Translations under genes and position numbers: made by a program
Part shown: positions 54,245-64,000 of the stretch, in pieces
Position numbering within the stretch: the first letter of the stretch is position 1
Layout: every line of letters begins with the position of its first letter
Assembly (NCBI GenBank): GCA_000004985.1
Contig: GG738903.1
Source: Naegleria gruberi
Lineage: Eukaryota
Reading direction: 5' to 3' (one strand)
Length of the DNA stretch: 64,000 nt
The notes under the pieces: model-generated
Seen by the model: only the letters and a program-made list of their open reading frames with translations
Database searches by the model: none
What the model was told of the DNA's origin: nothing

Positions 54245-57200
54245 NNNNNNNNNNNNNNNNNNNNNNNNNNNNNNNNNNNNNNNNNNNNNNNNNNNNNNNN
54301 NNNNNNNNNNNNNNNNNNNNNNNNNNNNNNNNNNNNNNNNNNNNNNNNNNNNNNNNNNNNNNNNNNNNNNNNNNNNNNNNNNNNNNNNNNNNNNNNNNNN
54401 NNNNNNNNNNNNNNNNNNNNNNNNNNNNNNNNNNNNNNNNNNNNNNNNNNNNNNNNNNNNNNNNNNNNNNNNNNNNNNNNNNNNNNNNNNNNNNNNNNNN
54501 NNNNNNNNNNNNNNNNNNNNNNNNNNNNNNNNNNNNNNNNNNNNNNNNNNNNNNNNNNNNNNNNNNNNNNNNNNNNNNNNNNNNNNNNNNNNNNNNNNNN
54601 NNNNNNNNNNNNNNNNNNNNNNNNNNNNNNNNNNNNNNNNNNNNNNNNNNNNNNNNNNNNNNNNNNNNNNNNNNNNNNNNNNNNNNNNNNNNNNNNNNNN
54701 NNNNNNNNNNNNNNNNNNNNNNNNNNNNNNNNNNNNNNNNNNNNNNNNNNNNNNNNNNNNNNNNNNNNNNNNNNNNNNNNNNNNNNNNNNNNNNNNNNNN
54801 NNNNNNNNNNNNNNNNNNNNNNNNNNNNNNNNNNNNNNNNNNNNNNNNNNNNNNNNNNNNNNNNNNNNNNNNNNNNNNNNNNNNNNNNNNNNNNNNNNNN
54901 NNNNNNNNNNNNNNNNNNNNNNNNNNNNNNNNNNNNNNNNNNNNNNNNNNNNNNNNNNNNNNNNNNNNNNNNNNNNNNNNNNNNNNNNNNNNNNNNNNNN
55001 NNNNNNNNNNNNNNNNNNNNNNNNNNNNNNNNNNNNNNNNNNNNNNNNNNNNNNNNNNNNNNNNNNNNNNNNNNNNNNNNNNNNNNNNNNNNNNNNNNNN
55101 NNNNNNNNNNNNNNNNNNNNNNNNNNNNNNNNNNNNNNNNNNNNNNNNNNNNNNNNNNNNNNNNNNNNNNNNNNNNNNNNNNNNNNNNNNNNNNNNNNNN
55201 NNNNNNNNNNNNNNNNNNNNNNNNNNNNNNNNNNNNNNNNNNNNNNNNNNNNNNNNNNNNNNNNNNNNNNNNNNNNNNNNNNNNNNNNNNNNNNNNNNNN
55301 NNNNNNNNNNNNNNNNNNNNNNNNNNNNNNNNNNNNNNNNNNNNNNNNNNNNNNNNNNNNNNNNNNNNNNNNNNNNNNNNNNNNNNNNNNNNNNNNNNNN
55401 NNNNNNNNNNNNNNNNNNNNNNNNNNNNNNNNNNNNNNNNNNNNNNNNNNNNNNNNNNNNNNNNNNNNNNNNNNNNNNNNNNNNNNNNNNNNNNNNNNNN
55501 NNNNNNNNNNNNNNNNNNNNNNNNNNNNNNNNNNNNNNNNNNNNNNNNNNNNNNNNNNNNNNNNNNNNNNNNNNNNNNNNNNNNNNNNNNNNNNNNNNNN
55601 NNNNNNNNNNNNNNNNNNNNNNNNNNNNNNNNNNNNNNNNNNNNNNNNNNNNNNNNNNNNNNNNNNNNNNNNNNNNNNNNNNNNNNNNNNNNNNNNNNNN
55701 NNNNNNNNNNNNNNNNNNNNNNNNNNNNNNNNNNNNNNNNNNNNNNNNNNNNNNNNNNNNNNNNNNNNNNNNNNNNNNNNNNNNNNNNNNNNNNNNNNNN
55801 NNNNNNNNNNNNNNNNNNNNNNNNNNNNNNNNNNNNNNNNNNNNNNNNNNNNNNNNNNNNNNNNNNNNNNNNNNNNNNNNNNNNNNNNNNNNNNNNNNNN
55901 NNNNNNNNNNNNNNNNNNNNNNNNNNNNNNNNNNNNNNNNNNNNNNNNNNNNNNNNNNNNNNNNNNNNNNNNNNNNNNNNNNNNNNNNNNNNNNNNNNNN
56001 NNNNNNNNNNNNNNNNNNNNNNNNNNNNNNNNNNNNNNNNNNNNNNNNNNNNNNNNNNNNNNNNNNNNNNNNNNNNNNNNNNNNNNNNNNNNNNNNNNNN
56101 NNNNNNNNNNNNNNNNNNNNNNNNNNNNNNNNNNNNNNNNNNNNNNNNNNNNNNNNNNNNNNNNNNNNNNNNNNNNNNNNNNNNNNNNNNNNNNNNNNNN
56201 NNNNNNNNNNNNNNNNNNNNNNNNNNNNNNNNNNNNNNNNNNNNNNNNNNNNNNNNNNNNNNNNNNNNNNNNNNNNNNNNNNNNNNNNNNNNNNNNNNNN
56301 NNNNNNNNNNNNNNNNNNNNNNNNNNNNNNNNNNNNNNNNNNNNNNNNNNNNNNNNNNNNNNNNNNNNNNNNNNNNNNNNNNNNNNNNNNNNNNNNNNNN
56401 NNNNNNNNNNNNNNNNNNNNNNNNNNNNNNNNNNNNNNNNNNNNNNNNNNNNNNNNNNNNNNNNNNNNNNNNNNNNNNNNNNNNNNNNNNNNNNNNNNNN
56501 NNNNNNNNNNNNNNNNNNNNNNNNNNNNNNNNNNNNNNNNNNNNNNNNNNNNNNNNNNNNNNNNNNNNNNNNNNNNNNNNNNNNNNNNNNNNNNNNNNNN
56601 NNNNNNNNNNNNNNNNNNNNNNNNNNNNNNNNNNNNNNNNNNNNNNNNNNNNNNNNNNNNNNNNNNNNNNNNNNNNNNNNNNNNNNNNNNNNNNNNNNNN
56701 NNNNNNNNNNNNNNNNNNNNNNNNNNNNNNNNNNNNNNNNNNNNNNNNNNNNNNNNNNNNNNNNNNNNNNNNNNNNNNNNNNNNNNNNNNNNNNNNNNNN
56801 NNNNNNNNNNNNNNNNNNNNNNNNNNNNNNNNNNNNNNNNNNNNNNNNNNNNNNNNNNNNNNNNNNNNNNNNNNNNNNNNNNNNNNNNNNNNNNNNNNNN
56901 NNNNNNNNNNNNNNNNNNNNNNNNNNNNNNNNNNNNNNNNNNNNNNNNNNNNNNNNNNNNNNNNNNNNNNNNNNNNNNNNNNNNNNNNNNNNNNNNNNNN
57001 NNNNNNNNNNNNNNNNNNNNNNNNNNNNNNNNNNNNNNNNNNNNNNNNNNNNNNNNNNNNNNNNNNNNNNNNNNNNNNNNNNNNNNNNNNNNNNNNNNNN
57101 NNNNNNNNNNNNNNNNNNNNNNNNNNNNNNNNNNNNNNNNNNNNNNNNNNNNNNNNNNNNNNNNNNNNNNNNNNNNNNNNNNNNNNNNNNNNNNNNNNNN

Positions 57201-58238
57201 NNNNNNNNNNNNNNNNNNNNNNNNNNNNNNNNNNNNNNNNNNNNNNNNNNNNNNNNNNNNNNNNNNNNNNNNNNNNNNNNNNNNNNNNNNNNNNNNNNNN
57301 NNNNNNNNNNNNNNNNNNNNNNNNNNNNNNNNNNNNNNNNNNNNNNNNNNNNNNNNNNNNNNNNNNNNNNNNNNNNNNNNNNNNNNNNNNNNNNNNNNNN
57401 NNNNNNNNNNNNNNNNNNNNNNNNNNNNNNNNNNNNNNNNNNNNNNNNNNNNNNNNNNNNNNNNNNNNNNNNNNNNNNNNNNNNNNNNNNNNNNNNNNNN
57501 NNNNNNNNNNNNNNNNNNNNNNNNNNNNNNNNNNNNNNNNNNNNNNNNNNNNNNNNNNNNNNNNNNNNNNNNNNNNNNNNNNNNNNNNNNNNNNNNNNNN
57601 NNNNNNNNNNNNNNNNNNNNNNNNNNNNNNNNNNNNNNNNNNNNNNNNNNNNNNNNNNNNNNNNNNNNNNNNNNNNNNNNNNNNNNNNNNNNNNNNNNNN
57701 NNNNNNNNNNNNNNNNNNNNNNNNNNNNNNNNNNNNNNNNNNNNNNNNNNNNNNNNNNNNNNNNNNNNNNNNNNNNNNNNNNNNNNNNNNNNNNNNNNNN
57801 NNNNNNNNNNNNNNNNNNNNNNNNNNNNNNNNNNNNNNNNNNNNNNNNNNNNNNNNNNNNNNNNNNNNNNNNNNNNNNNNNNNNNNNNNNNNNNNNNNNN
57901 NNNNNNNNNNNNNNNNNNNNNNNNNNNNNNNNNNNNNNNNNNNNNNNNNNNNNNNNNNNNNNNNNNNNNNNNNNNNNNNNNNNNNNNNNNNNNNNNNNNN
58001 NNNNNNNNNNNNNNNNNNNNNNNNNNNNNNNNNNNNNNNNNNNNNNNNNNNNNNNNNNNNNNNNNNNNNNNNNNNNNNNNNNNNNNNNNNNNNNNNNNNN
58101 NNNNNNNNNNNNNNNNNNNNNNNNNNNNNNNNNNNNNNNNNNNNNNNNNNNNNNNNNNNNNNNNNNNNNNNNNNNNNNNNNNNNNNNNNNNNNNNNNNNN
58201 NNNNNNNNNNNNNNNNNNNNNNNNNNNNNNNNNNNNNN
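54245..58238. other. Assembly gap (3994 N)
   Basis: A run of N characters. The ORFs reported across it are artefacts. Confidence 1.
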
Positions 58239-58747
58239 ATTAGTAAGGTCCTGTATCAATTTCATGAGGATCTGTATTGTGGATGTAATTGTCACATCCC
58301 TGTAGGTGTCAAGTAGATCAGCCATGTACCATGTATGATATGGATGATCTTCAAAATCATATAGATATATTTAATTATCATGTATAGATGTATTAGAAGT
58401 GAATTGAAGTGGTATAGATTTCTATCTTCAATGTTAGAACAGGTTAGTTGACAAGTTGAATATTAAATATCCTGAAATGATACCAAAGTATATGAAATTG
58501 ATATATATTGTTATTAACATTATTTATAAGATGATATATTGATTTGAAATGATTTAGAAATGTTTTCATTGATATTCTAATTGTCTAATCTATTATATGA
58601 AATTAACTTATATAAGTCATTATAATGATGTAATATTATGTTATAATATGATTATATATTCAATTTGGAGTAAATTGATATATAATATATTGATTTATAA
58701 TGAGTATTTATTGAGATAATGAATTAAGATGAATAAAAGTCAAAATG

Positions 58748-59083
58748 TTGGGTCTGGCCTTAGTCGTGGGTTTGGGTTTGGTTAGGTTGGGTTTGGGTGT
58801 TGGTTGGGGTTTGGGTGTTGGTTGGGGTTGGGTTTGGGTTTGGGTTTGGGTTTGGGTTTGGGTTTGGGTTTGGGTTTGGGTTTGGGTTTGGGTTTGGGTT
58901 TGGGTTTGGGTTTGGGTTTGGGTTTGGGTTTGGGTTTGGGTTTGGGTTTGGGTTTGGGTTTGGGTTTGGGTTTGGGTTTGGGTTTGGGTTTGGGTTTGGG
59001 TTTGGGTTTGGGTTTGGGTTTGGGTTTGGGTTTGGGTTTGGGTTTGGGTTTGGGTTTGGGTTTGGGTTTGGGTTTGGGTTTGG
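58748..59083 (+). repeat. Telomere-type (GGGTTT)n array, with the G-rich strand on the plus strand. Its proximal edge is degenerate and it runs into a gap.
   Basis: It begins with degenerate units 'gggtctggccttagtcgtgggtttgggtttggttaggttgggtttgggtgttggttgggg', then about 45 perfect GGGTTT units up to the N run. Confidence 0.85.
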
Positions 59084-62000
59084 NNNNNNNNNNNNNNNNN
59101 NNNNNNNNNNNNNNNNNNNNNNNNNNNNNNNNNNNNNNNNNNNNNNNNNNNNNNNNNNNNNNNNNNNNNNNNNNNNNNNNNNNNNNNNNNNNNNNNNNNN
59201 NNNNNNNNNNNNNNNNNNNNNNNNNNNNNNNNNNNNNNNNNNNNNNNNNNNNNNNNNNNNNNNNNNNNNNNNNNNNNNNNNNNNNNNNNNNNNNNNNNNN
59301 NNNNNNNNNNNNNNNNNNNNNNNNNNNNNNNNNNNNNNNNNNNNNNNNNNNNNNNNNNNNNNNNNNNNNNNNNNNNNNNNNNNNNNNNNNNNNNNNNNNN
59401 NNNNNNNNNNNNNNNNNNNNNNNNNNNNNNNNNNNNNNNNNNNNNNNNNNNNNNNNNNNNNNNNNNNNNNNNNNNNNNNNNNNNNNNNNNNNNNNNNNNN
59501 NNNNNNNNNNNNNNNNNNNNNNNNNNNNNNNNNNNNNNNNNNNNNNNNNNNNNNNNNNNNNNNNNNNNNNNNNNNNNNNNNNNNNNNNNNNNNNNNNNNN
59601 NNNNNNNNNNNNNNNNNNNNNNNNNNNNNNNNNNNNNNNNNNNNNNNNNNNNNNNNNNNNNNNNNNNNNNNNNNNNNNNNNNNNNNNNNNNNNNNNNNNN
59701 NNNNNNNNNNNNNNNNNNNNNNNNNNNNNNNNNNNNNNNNNNNNNNNNNNNNNNNNNNNNNNNNNNNNNNNNNNNNNNNNNNNNNNNNNNNNNNNNNNNN
59801 NNNNNNNNNNNNNNNNNNNNNNNNNNNNNNNNNNNNNNNNNNNNNNNNNNNNNNNNNNNNNNNNNNNNNNNNNNNNNNNNNNNNNNNNNNNNNNNNNNNN
59901 NNNNNNNNNNNNNNNNNNNNNNNNNNNNNNNNNNNNNNNNNNNNNNNNNNNNNNNNNNNNNNNNNNNNNNNNNNNNNNNNNNNNNNNNNNNNNNNNNNNN
60001 NNNNNNNNNNNNNNNNNNNNNNNNNNNNNNNNNNNNNNNNNNNNNNNNNNNNNNNNNNNNNNNNNNNNNNNNNNNNNNNNNNNNNNNNNNNNNNNNNNNN
60101 NNNNNNNNNNNNNNNNNNNNNNNNNNNNNNNNNNNNNNNNNNNNNNNNNNNNNNNNNNNNNNNNNNNNNNNNNNNNNNNNNNNNNNNNNNNNNNNNNNNN
60201 NNNNNNNNNNNNNNNNNNNNNNNNNNNNNNNNNNNNNNNNNNNNNNNNNNNNNNNNNNNNNNNNNNNNNNNNNNNNNNNNNNNNNNNNNNNNNNNNNNNN
60301 NNNNNNNNNNNNNNNNNNNNNNNNNNNNNNNNNNNNNNNNNNNNNNNNNNNNNNNNNNNNNNNNNNNNNNNNNNNNNNNNNNNNNNNNNNNNNNNNNNNN
60401 NNNNNNNNNNNNNNNNNNNNNNNNNNNNNNNNNNNNNNNNNNNNNNNNNNNNNNNNNNNNNNNNNNNNNNNNNNNNNNNNNNNNNNNNNNNNNNNNNNNN
60501 NNNNNNNNNNNNNNNNNNNNNNNNNNNNNNNNNNNNNNNNNNNNNNNNNNNNNNNNNNNNNNNNNNNNNNNNNNNNNNNNNNNNNNNNNNNNNNNNNNNN
60601 NNNNNNNNNNNNNNNNNNNNNNNNNNNNNNNNNNNNNNNNNNNNNNNNNNNNNNNNNNNNNNNNNNNNNNNNNNNNNNNNNNNNNNNNNNNNNNNNNNNN
60701 NNNNNNNNNNNNNNNNNNNNNNNNNNNNNNNNNNNNNNNNNNNNNNNNNNNNNNNNNNNNNNNNNNNNNNNNNNNNNNNNNNNNNNNNNNNNNNNNNNNN
60801 NNNNNNNNNNNNNNNNNNNNNNNNNNNNNNNNNNNNNNNNNNNNNNNNNNNNNNNNNNNNNNNNNNNNNNNNNNNNNNNNNNNNNNNNNNNNNNNNNNNN
60901 NNNNNNNNNNNNNNNNNNNNNNNNNNNNNNNNNNNNNNNNNNNNNNNNNNNNNNNNNNNNNNNNNNNNNNNNNNNNNNNNNNNNNNNNNNNNNNNNNNNN
61001 NNNNNNNNNNNNNNNNNNNNNNNNNNNNNNNNNNNNNNNNNNNNNNNNNNNNNNNNNNNNNNNNNNNNNNNNNNNNNNNNNNNNNNNNNNNNNNNNNNNN
61101 NNNNNNNNNNNNNNNNNNNNNNNNNNNNNNNNNNNNNNNNNNNNNNNNNNNNNNNNNNNNNNNNNNNNNNNNNNNNNNNNNNNNNNNNNNNNNNNNNNNN
61201 NNNNNNNNNNNNNNNNNNNNNNNNNNNNNNNNNNNNNNNNNNNNNNNNNNNNNNNNNNNNNNNNNNNNNNNNNNNNNNNNNNNNNNNNNNNNNNNNNNNN
61301 NNNNNNNNNNNNNNNNNNNNNNNNNNNNNNNNNNNNNNNNNNNNNNNNNNNNNNNNNNNNNNNNNNNNNNNNNNNNNNNNNNNNNNNNNNNNNNNNNNNN
61401 NNNNNNNNNNNNNNNNNNNNNNNNNNNNNNNNNNNNNNNNNNNNNNNNNNNNNNNNNNNNNNNNNNNNNNNNNNNNNNNNNNNNNNNNNNNNNNNNNNNN
61501 NNNNNNNNNNNNNNNNNNNNNNNNNNNNNNNNNNNNNNNNNNNNNNNNNNNNNNNNNNNNNNNNNNNNNNNNNNNNNNNNNNNNNNNNNNNNNNNNNNNN
61601 NNNNNNNNNNNNNNNNNNNNNNNNNNNNNNNNNNNNNNNNNNNNNNNNNNNNNNNNNNNNNNNNNNNNNNNNNNNNNNNNNNNNNNNNNNNNNNNNNNNN
61701 NNNNNNNNNNNNNNNNNNNNNNNNNNNNNNNNNNNNNNNNNNNNNNNNNNNNNNNNNNNNNNNNNNNNNNNNNNNNNNNNNNNNNNNNNNNNNNNNNNNN
61801 NNNNNNNNNNNNNNNNNNNNNNNNNNNNNNNNNNNNNNNNNNNNNNNNNNNNNNNNNNNNNNNNNNNNNNNNNNNNNNNNNNNNNNNNNNNNNNNNNNNN
61901 NNNNNNNNNNNNNNNNNNNNNNNNNNNNNNNNNNNNNNNNNNNNNNNNNNNNNNNNNNNNNNNNNNNNNNNNNNNNNNNNNNNNNNNNNNNNNNNNNNNN

Positions 62001-62871
62001 NNNNNNNNNNNNNNNNNNNNNNNNNNNNNNNNNNNNNNNNNNNNNNNNNNNNNNNNNNNNNNNNNNNNNNNNNNNNNNNNNNNNNNNNNNNNNNNNNNNN
62101 NNNNNNNNNNNNNNNNNNNNNNNNNNNNNNNNNNNNNNNNNNNNNNNNNNNNNNNNNNNNNNNNNNNNNNNNNNNNNNNNNNNNNNNNNNNNNNNNNNNN
62201 NNNNNNNNNNNNNNNNNNNNNNNNNNNNNNNNNNNNNNNNNNNNNNNNNNNNNNNNNNNNNNNNNNNNNNNNNNNNNNNNNNNNNNNNNNNNNNNNNNNN
62301 NNNNNNNNNNNNNNNNNNNNNNNNNNNNNNNNNNNNNNNNNNNNNNNNNNNNNNNNNNNNNNNNNNNNNNNNNNNNNNNNNNNNNNNNNNNNNNNNNNNN
62401 NNNNNNNNNNNNNNNNNNNNNNNNNNNNNNNNNNNNNNNNNNNNNNNNNNNNNNNNNNNNNNNNNNNNNNNNNNNNNNNNNNNNNNNNNNNNNNNNNNNN
62501 NNNNNNNNNNNNNNNNNNNNNNNNNNNNNNNNNNNNNNNNNNNNNNNNNNNNNNNNNNNNNNNNNNNNNNNNNNNNNNNNNNNNNNNNNNNNNNNNNNNN
62601 NNNNNNNNNNNNNNNNNNNNNNNNNNNNNNNNNNNNNNNNNNNNNNNNNNNNNNNNNNNNNNNNNNNNNNNNNNNNNNNNNNNNNNNNNNNNNNNNNNNN
62701 NNNNNNNNNNNNNNNNNNNNNNNNNNNNNNNNNNNNNNNNNNNNNNNNNNNNNNNNNNNNNNNNNNNNNNNNNNNNNNNNNNNNNNNNNNNNNNNNNNNN
62801 NNNNNNNNNNNNNNNNNNNNNNNNNNNNNNNNNNNNNNNNNNNNNNNNNNNNNNNNNNNNNNNNNNNNNNN
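59084..62871. other. Assembly gap (3788 N)
   Basis: A run of N characters. Confidence 1.
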
Positions 62872-63524
62872 GTATATATGGTTGGTTATGTATTTGATAG
62901 AGTTGGTCTGACTTGTCTTTCTCTAAAGTCAACCAAAAAATATCAACATATACCTTCCCATGATACCATTTCTGATTATTAGGACATGAAATTGAATTCT
63001 ATATCATTATAGATCATGTACATCATTTTGGTAAAGTTTCAATAGGTGGTCCTTTTTCAAGATTTCATCCTTTTCATCATAGTAGACCATGTGTGATTGA
63101 GGGAAGAAATCTTTAAATATGAAAGTTAAAATAAATTTGATATTCGATGTTTACTCATCAAATGGAACATTTTCATATTAGGATTCAATATGTTTTGATG
63201 AGAAACTCAAAAGTTATAGTTGACCTCTTTTACCTCACAACTTCCCTTTTCACTTCATACTCTTGTGTCTACAAACTTGAACTTTTGAAATTAGATATGA
63301 GAGTGATTATGAATGTTGTTAATGATGATATTGACTATATAATCTCATTAAAGGATTTTGAAATTAACTTTCTTCCTATGGTATCATTTTACAAATTTTA
63401 ATCTGACATTATTTACAAAGTTAATATTTTATAAATTGAAAAACTAAATATACTACGTTGTTCTACTCATCATTTACAATCGAATGATATAAAATTTTAT
63501 GATATTTGAATAAGTTTATAATTT

Positions 63525-64000
63525 TGGGCTAGGGTTTGAAGGTTGGGTTTAGAAGAATTCTATTTTTAGTTCTGGGTTTGGGTTTGGGTTTGGGTTTGGG
63601 TTGGGTTTGGGTTTGGGTTTGGGTTTGGGTTTGGGTTTGGGTTTGGGTTTGGGTTTGGGTTTGGGTTTGGGTTTGGGTTTGGGTTTGGGTTTGGGTTTGG
63701 GTTTGGGTTTGGGTTTGGGTTTGGGTTTGGGTTTGGGTTTGGGTTTGGGTTTGGGTTGGGTTTGGGTTTGGGTTTGGGTTTGGGTTTGGGTTTGGGTTTG
63801 GGTTTGGTTTTGGTTTTGGGTTTGGGTTTGGGTTTGGGTTTGGGTTTGGGTTTGGGTTTGGGTTTGGGTTTGGGTTTGGGTTTGGGTTTGGGTTTGGGTT
63901 TGGGTTTGGGTTCCGGTTTGGGTTTGGGTTTGGGTTTGGGTTTGGGTTCTGGGTTTGGGTTTGGGTTTGGGTTTGGGTTTGGGTTTGGGTTTGGGTTTGG
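63525..64000 (+). repeat. Telomere-type (GGGTTT)n array reaching the window end, with the G-rich strand on the plus strand. It has a degenerate proximal edge and occasional variant units.
   Basis: 'ttttgggctagggtttgaaggttgggtttag...ctgggtttgggttt' then more than 70 GGGTTT units. Sporadic variants occur: GGGTT, GGTTTT, GGGTTCC and GGGTTCT. Confidence 0.85.

Noticed and set aside
54096-62982. Very long 'ORFs' (1366-1409 aa) on both strands across 54-63 kb
   Set aside because: They are made almost entirely of N-run translations (X) plus telomere repeats read as (GFGF)n, (WVWV)n or (PNPN)n. They are artefacts of the gaps and the hexamer repeat.
1-64000. Prokaryotic defence or novel operon system (CRISPR, restriction-modification, toxin-antitoxin and similar)
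   Set aside because: The sequence is clearly eukaryotic: spliceosomal introns, signal peptides with EGF/VWD/FZ/SPRY/RGS/DIL domains, and telomere repeats. There is no operon structure, no CRISPR-like direct repeats and no Shine-Dalgarno-linked gene pairs.

Overview
This window is eukaryotic nuclear DNA, not prokaryotic. The GC content is low (about 30%). Genes are packed with short intergenic spacers and A-rich ATG contexts. Four small GT..AG introns are visible; they are 45, 75, 92 and 176 nt long. The codon bias is AGA for Arg, GGT for Gly, CAA for Gln and AAG/AAA for Lys. The window ends in (GGGTTT)n telomere-type repeats. Codon usage and domain content suggest an amoebozoan, dictyostelid-like protist (low confidence); the domains include tenascin-type EGF arrays, Frizzled-type cysteine-rich domains, 7TM-RGS fusions, a SPRY domain, a myosin-V-tail DIL domain and a mitochondrial-type HslU. 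The ORF track was built with bacterial alternative start codons, so I re-anchored several starts on real ATGs. Three runs of N (50, 3994 and 3788 nt) show this is a draft scaffold. Two single-base frameshifts inside homopolymer runs suggest residual indel errors or young pseudogenes. Contents, in order: a partial protein kinase; a tandem cluster of three paralogous 7TM receptor genes, with a GT61-like glycosyltransferase between the second and third; an F-box/SPRY gene; a coiled-coil plus DIL gene; a TPR gene; an S1-like peptidase; a secreted VWD protein with a roughly 430-residue polybasic tail; HslU; a 2710-aa EGF-repeat/GPS/7TM/RGS receptor; a large acidic-ended protein; a soluble RGS protein; a small secreted protein; a giant GPI-type surface protein with EGF, FZ-CRD and an NGT sequon array; a hypothetical protein; a repeat-rich 3.8 kb intergenic island holding a TIR-flanked element; a second 7TM-RGS receptor; and two telomere-like arrays in the same orientation. 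I found no CRISPR arrays, prokaryotic defence systems, rRNA or convincing tRNA.
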